Assembly: GCA_016795295.1 (NCBI GenBank)
Contig: JAEUHP010000275.1
Location: 2,195-66,194 of the forward strand
DNA: 64,000 nt
Origin: Planctomycetota bacterium
Lineage (GTDB): Bacteria; Planctomycetota; UBA1135; UBA2386
Direction: 5' to 3'
The position numbers and the translations under genes were made by a program. Each line of letters begins with the position of its first letter. Position 1 is the stretch's first letter. Positions 62,510-64,000 of this stretch are shown one piece after another. Below the pieces are notes generated by a model. That model saw only the letters and a list, made by a program, of their open reading frames with translations, did no database searches and was not told where the DNA came from.

Positions 62510-62557
62510 TTGCTGGGTAGTTGCTGGCGCGCCAAGTAGCCGCCCGCCCCAGCAGGG

Positions 62558-62848
62558 TCACAGCGGCGGCAAACCCCGCCGCTGCCGCCGCTCCAGCTCC
62601 AGAGCCTCGAGGCGTTCTTCGAGTTCGCGCAGCCGCCCCTCCAGACTGCGCAGCCGCGCTGCAGCCGCGCCATCGCCCTGCCAGGCGAACAGCGCCACCC
62701 ACACCAAGCCGATCGCGAACGGCACCAGGCCAATGCGCGGCGACGACCAGTGCGGCAGGTGCGTGGTGGCGAGTTGTTCGACCAGAAGGCCGAACACCAA
62801 CAGGGCCGCCATGCGCAGGTGGAACGGCAGGTCGTTCTGGGAACGCAT
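62558..62848 (-). CDS. Small membrane protein with C-terminal coiled-coil segment
   Basis: The last 96 codons of the 353-aa track ORF, from the ATG at 62848. Two hydrophobic helices (MAALLVFGLLVEQL; IGLVPFAIGLVWVALFAW), then LRSLEGRLRELEERLEALELERR. The upstream part is antisense to nagZ and rejected. Confidence 0.4.
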   Translation of the reverse strand: MRSQNDLPFHLRMAALLVFGLLVEQLATTHLPHWSSPRIGLVPFAIGLVWVALFAWQGDGAAAARLRSLEGRLRELEERLEALELERRQRRGLPPL

Positions 62849-62869
62849 GCGCCCAGTATCCTCGCCGGC

Positions 62870-64000
62870 ATGCCGCGCGTCGCCGTTCTCCCTCTGCTCG
62901 CCCTCGCCTGCTGCACCGTGCCGCCGCCGCCGGATCCCGCAGCCCAGTTGCTGCGCACGCTGTCCCTCGAGCAGAAAGCCGGCCAGTTGTTCATGGCCTG
63001 GACGCTCTCGCGCAGCGACGGCGAAGGCCCGGCCCACAACCACACCAAACTGCGCGCCGCGGTCCGCGACGCGGGTCTCGGCGGGGTGATCGTCAGCCTC
63101 GGCACGACCGCCGACGCCGCAGCGCTGATTCCGACCCTGCAGGACGCCGCCTCCATCCCGCTGCTGATCGCCAGCGACTTCGAAGGCGGCGTCTGGTGGC
63201 GGCTGCGCGGCGCCACCGAACTGGGCAACCAGATGCTGGTGGGGGCCACCGGCAGCGCCGAGCTCGCCGAAGCGATGGGCCGCGTCACCGCGCGCGAAGC
63301 CAAGGCGCTGGGCGTGCACTGGGTGTTCGCGCCGGTGCTCGACGTGAACAACAACCCGGCCAATCCGATCATCAACGTGCGCAGTTTCGGCGCGGACCCC
63401 GACCTGGTGGCGCGCCTGGGCAGCGCGTTCGTGCGCGGGGTGCAGAGCGAGGGTCTGCTGGCCTGCGGCAAGCACTTCCCCGGGCACGGCAACGTCGATT
63501 CCGACAGCCATCTGGCAGTGGCCACGGTGCCCGGCGACCGAGCCGCGCTGGAGCGCACGGAGCTGCGGCCGTTCGCGGCGGCGATCGAAGCCGGTCTCGC
63601 GTCGGTGATGACGGGGCATCTGGCGGTGCCGGGTCTCGGCGAAGCCGCGGATGTTCCGGCGACGCTGAGTCCGCGCATCCTCACTGGGATCCTGCGCGAC
63701 GAACTGGGCTTCCAGGGGCTGATCGTGACGGACGCGCTGGAGATGGGCGGGGTGAAGAACGCGTTCCCGCCCGGCGAAGTGGCGGTGCGGGCGCTGCTCG
63801 CCGGCGCCGACGTGCTGCTGATGCCGCCGGATCCGTTCGCGGCGCGGGACGCGGTGGTGGCGGCGGTGCAGAGCGGGCGGGTGCCGGTGGCTCGTCTCGA
63901 CGCGGCGGTGCTGCGCATCCTGCAGGCGAAGGCGCGGGTGGGGCTGTTGGCGGGTGGGGGGCGGGTGGCGGGGGACTGGGAGAGCCGGCTGCGCACGCGG
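62870..64000 (+). CDS. GH3 beta-N-acetylhexosaminidase (NagZ-like) lipoprotein, 3' end cut by the window edge
   Basis: Absent from the ORF track because no stop lies in the window. My own translation from the ATG at 62870: MPRVAVLPLLALACC..., SLEQKAGQLFM, LIASDFEGG, FAPVLDVNNNPANPIINVRSFG, GKHFPGHG, VMTGH, LIVTDALEM. These are GH3 motifs including KH(F/I)PGHG and the Asp nucleophile context. Confidence 0.85.
   Translation, partial: MPRVAVLPLLALACCTVPPPPDPAAQLLRTLSLEQKAGQLFMAWTLSRSDGEGPAHNHTKLRAAVRDAGLGGVIVSLGTTADAAALIPTLQDAASIPLLIASDFEGGVWWRLRGATELGNQMLVGATGSAELAEAMGRVTAREAKALGVHWVFAPVLDVNNNPANPIINVRSFGADPDLVARLGSAFVRGVQSEGLLACGKHFPGHGNVDSDSHLAVATVPGDRAALERTELRPFAAAIEAGLASVMTGHLAVPGLGEAADVPATLSPRILTGILRDELGFQGLIVTDALEMGGVKNAFPPGEVAVRALLAGADVLLMPPDPFAARDAVVAAVQSGRVPVARLDAAVLRILQAKARVGLLAGGGRVAGDWESRLRTR

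Noticed and set aside
1-64000. Search by eye for tRNA, rRNA, tmRNA and CRISPR arrays
   Set aside because: I found no T-loop-like GGTTCGAATCC-type motifs in a tRNA context, no rRNA-like conserved blocks, and no regularly spaced direct repeats. Small ncRNAs cannot be excluded without covariance-model searches (tRNAscan-SE, Infernal/Rfam).

Overview
This is 64 kb of a very GC-rich, densely coding chromosome from a diderm (Gram-negative-type) bacterium. The diderm call rests on LptB, lipobox lipoproteins and LpoB/YcfL/YceK-like genes. I cannot assign a taxon from the sequence alone. I can support about 52 protein-coding genes, one intact IS1182/IS5-like insertion sequence with perfect 17-bp terminal inverted repeats, one IS-disrupted pseudogene, and a few regulatory motifs. 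I recognised no rRNA, tRNA or CRISPR array. Many very long ORFs in the six-frame track are antisense or out-of-frame shadows typical of high-GC DNA, and I rejected them. Most genes are housekeeping or envelope functions: aroC, lptB, lepB, rarA, a TrmH-type methyltransferase, PepF/PepP/M28/S41 peptidases, a molybdopterin oxidoreductase, a sodium:solute symporter and a NagZ-like GH3 enzyme. The best candidates for undescribed biology are these. (1) A three-gene unit at 18483-21385 has a small membrane protein plus two tandem PilT-like proteins whose Walker A, Walker B and His boxes are all destroyed. The first PilT-like protein carries a perfect MshEN c-di-GMP-binding motif, and the unit sits directly upstream of an orphan flagellin gene with a sigma-28-type promoter. 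(2) A five-gene cluster of exported lipoproteins at 25491-29793 combines LpoB-like and YcfL-like members with two large unrecognised proteins. (3) A roughly 1650-aa TPR protein carries an embedded, apparently intact C39-like cysteine peptidase domain. (4) The MoxR-DUF58-transglutaminase triad is extended by a translationally coupled S41 protease, a TPR protein and an alpha/beta hydrolase. (5) A 725-aa GreA-family factor has a long N-terminal extension with a CarD/TRCF-RID-like motif. All functional calls come from motif recognition by eye. No database search was run.
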